DNA of 64,000 nt from NCBI GenBank assembly GCA_036785375.1, contig JAWMAR010000028.1, forward strand, positions 10,044,001 to 10,108,000, in the 5' to 3' direction. A program made the translations under genes and the position numbers. The notes under the pieces were generated by a model. The model worked only from the letters and a program-made list of their open reading frames with translations, was not told the DNA's origin and made no database searches. This DNA comes from Leucoraja ocellata (taxonomy: Eukaryota). The number at the start of each line of letters is the position of its first letter. The stretch's first letter is position 1. This document shows, in pieces, positions 62,620 through 64,000 of this stretch.

Positions 62620-62975
62620 AACAGATGCAGGAAGATTGTTCCCAATGTTGGGGAAGTCCAGGACAAGGGATCACAGTTTAAGGATAAAGGGGAAATCTTT
62701 TAGGACCGAGATGAGAAACATTTTTTTCACACAGAGAGTGGTGAGTCTCTGGAACTCTCTGCCACAGAAGGTAGTTGAGGCCAGTTCATTGGCTATATTT
62801 AAGAGGGAGTTAGATGTGGCCCTTGTGGCTAAAGGGATCAGGAGGTATGGAGAGAAGACGGGTACAGGATACTGAGTTGGATGATCAGCCATGATCATAT
62901 TGAATGGTGGTGCAGGCTCGAAGGGCTGAATGGCCCACTCCTGCACCTATTTTCTATGTTTCTATGTTTCTATGA
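62620..62975 (+). mobile_element. CR1 3' end with (TTCTATGT)n tail
   Basis: FPMLGKSRTRDHSLRIKG...; tail at about 62950-62974. Confidence 0.88.
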
Positions 62976-64000
62976 ACTTGGGCACCAGGCAGGCAACAGC
63001 CTTTTGGGCTCTTGATCCTTGCGAGAATGAAACTAAATGTCATGGCCATCTCCTATATCTATTCCTGTATCTCCCGCTGGCAATTGGGAGGCCTGCAGTA
63101 GAATCCAATCAGGGTGATTGCACTTTTCTGATTTTTGAGCTCTAGTCATATTGCTTTGGTATCCGCCATTAATGCAACGCCACCACCTCCTTCTCCATCA
63201 CATCTTTTTTTATTTTTTTTATTTATTAGAAGTAAGTACAATACAGTGGTACAAAAATTATGCTAATATAATACATTCTCTGTACAACTTCCTTTTTTTT
63301 TAGAAAGAGAAAAGTAAGAAGAGAAAAAGGAGAAATAGGTTGTGGAAAGTGAAGGAATGAAAAACATTTAAAGAAAATAGTGAAAAAAAAGAATAATTGA
63401 AGAAGGAGAGCAGGAGGGAGTTTATTCAATCACCACAAGGAGATGAGTTTTTTATATTCTTTCACATCTGAAATATTAAAACGTGGGAACATTAAACAGC
63501 TAGACCCATCCCTCTCACAACTAAGACTCTGTAATGGTCACCACATCATTGTTCCATGCACTGATGCAGGCTCTATATTCATCTTCTTTACCTACAATAC
63601 TCCTTGCATTTAAATAAACACACTTCAGCGCACCATACTCACCATGTTTATTCATCTGTTCCAGCCTCTCATTCCTTTCAGACTTACTAAACATCTTCTT
63701 GTGACCATGTGTGTTTCCTCAGGGTGCTCCTGATTCTTGCCACATTCCAAAGCTGCGTGCATTGGTAGCTAACTGGCCACTGTAACCTGTCCATGGTATG
63801 TAGATGAACAGCAGAATCTGCAGTGAGCTGTTGGGAATGTGGTTTGAATGAAAAAAAGTATTAATATAGGATTAGTATAAATGGGTACTTGATAGTAAGT
63901 GTGTACTCAAAGATCCTGCTTCCATGTTCCAGATGGAAGTGTCTCAACTTTCCACATTCTTCCACAGATGCTCCATGACCGGCCAAATTCAGCCAGCAGT

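Overview
Eukaryotic, intron-rich vertebrate DNA; the repeat families suggest a cartilaginous fish, probably a skate or ray (inference). The window holds a tandem cluster of three very similar VCAM1-like genes on the minus strand. Each has a 61-bp signal exon, Ig exons D1/D2/D3 joined in phase 1, and a TATA + NF-kB promoter. They differ in the C-terminal half. Copy A (8657-16744) has D1-D2-D3, two copies of a D7-like exon and a TM/cytoplasmic exon (5 Ig, about 534 aa). Copy C (49582-60210) has four intact D7-like exons plus one truncated one (7 Ig, about 709 aa). Copy B (30935-36978) has lost the TM exon, but an internally deleted D7-like exon reads in frame into a flanking repeat and yields a GPI-signal-like hydrophobic tail (3 Ig, about 368 aa). 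A frameshifted extra Ig exon is present in all three copies. Most of the remaining sequence is transposable elements: CR1, L1/Tx1, Rex1/Babar, Penelope-like, DIRS, SINEs, hAT- and Harbinger-like MITEs, a THAP-bearing DNA transposon, a 6.7-kb head-to-tail array of four Helitron-like elements, and two minisatellites. Gene models were built by eye from splice sites and recalled homology; no transcript data or database searches were available.
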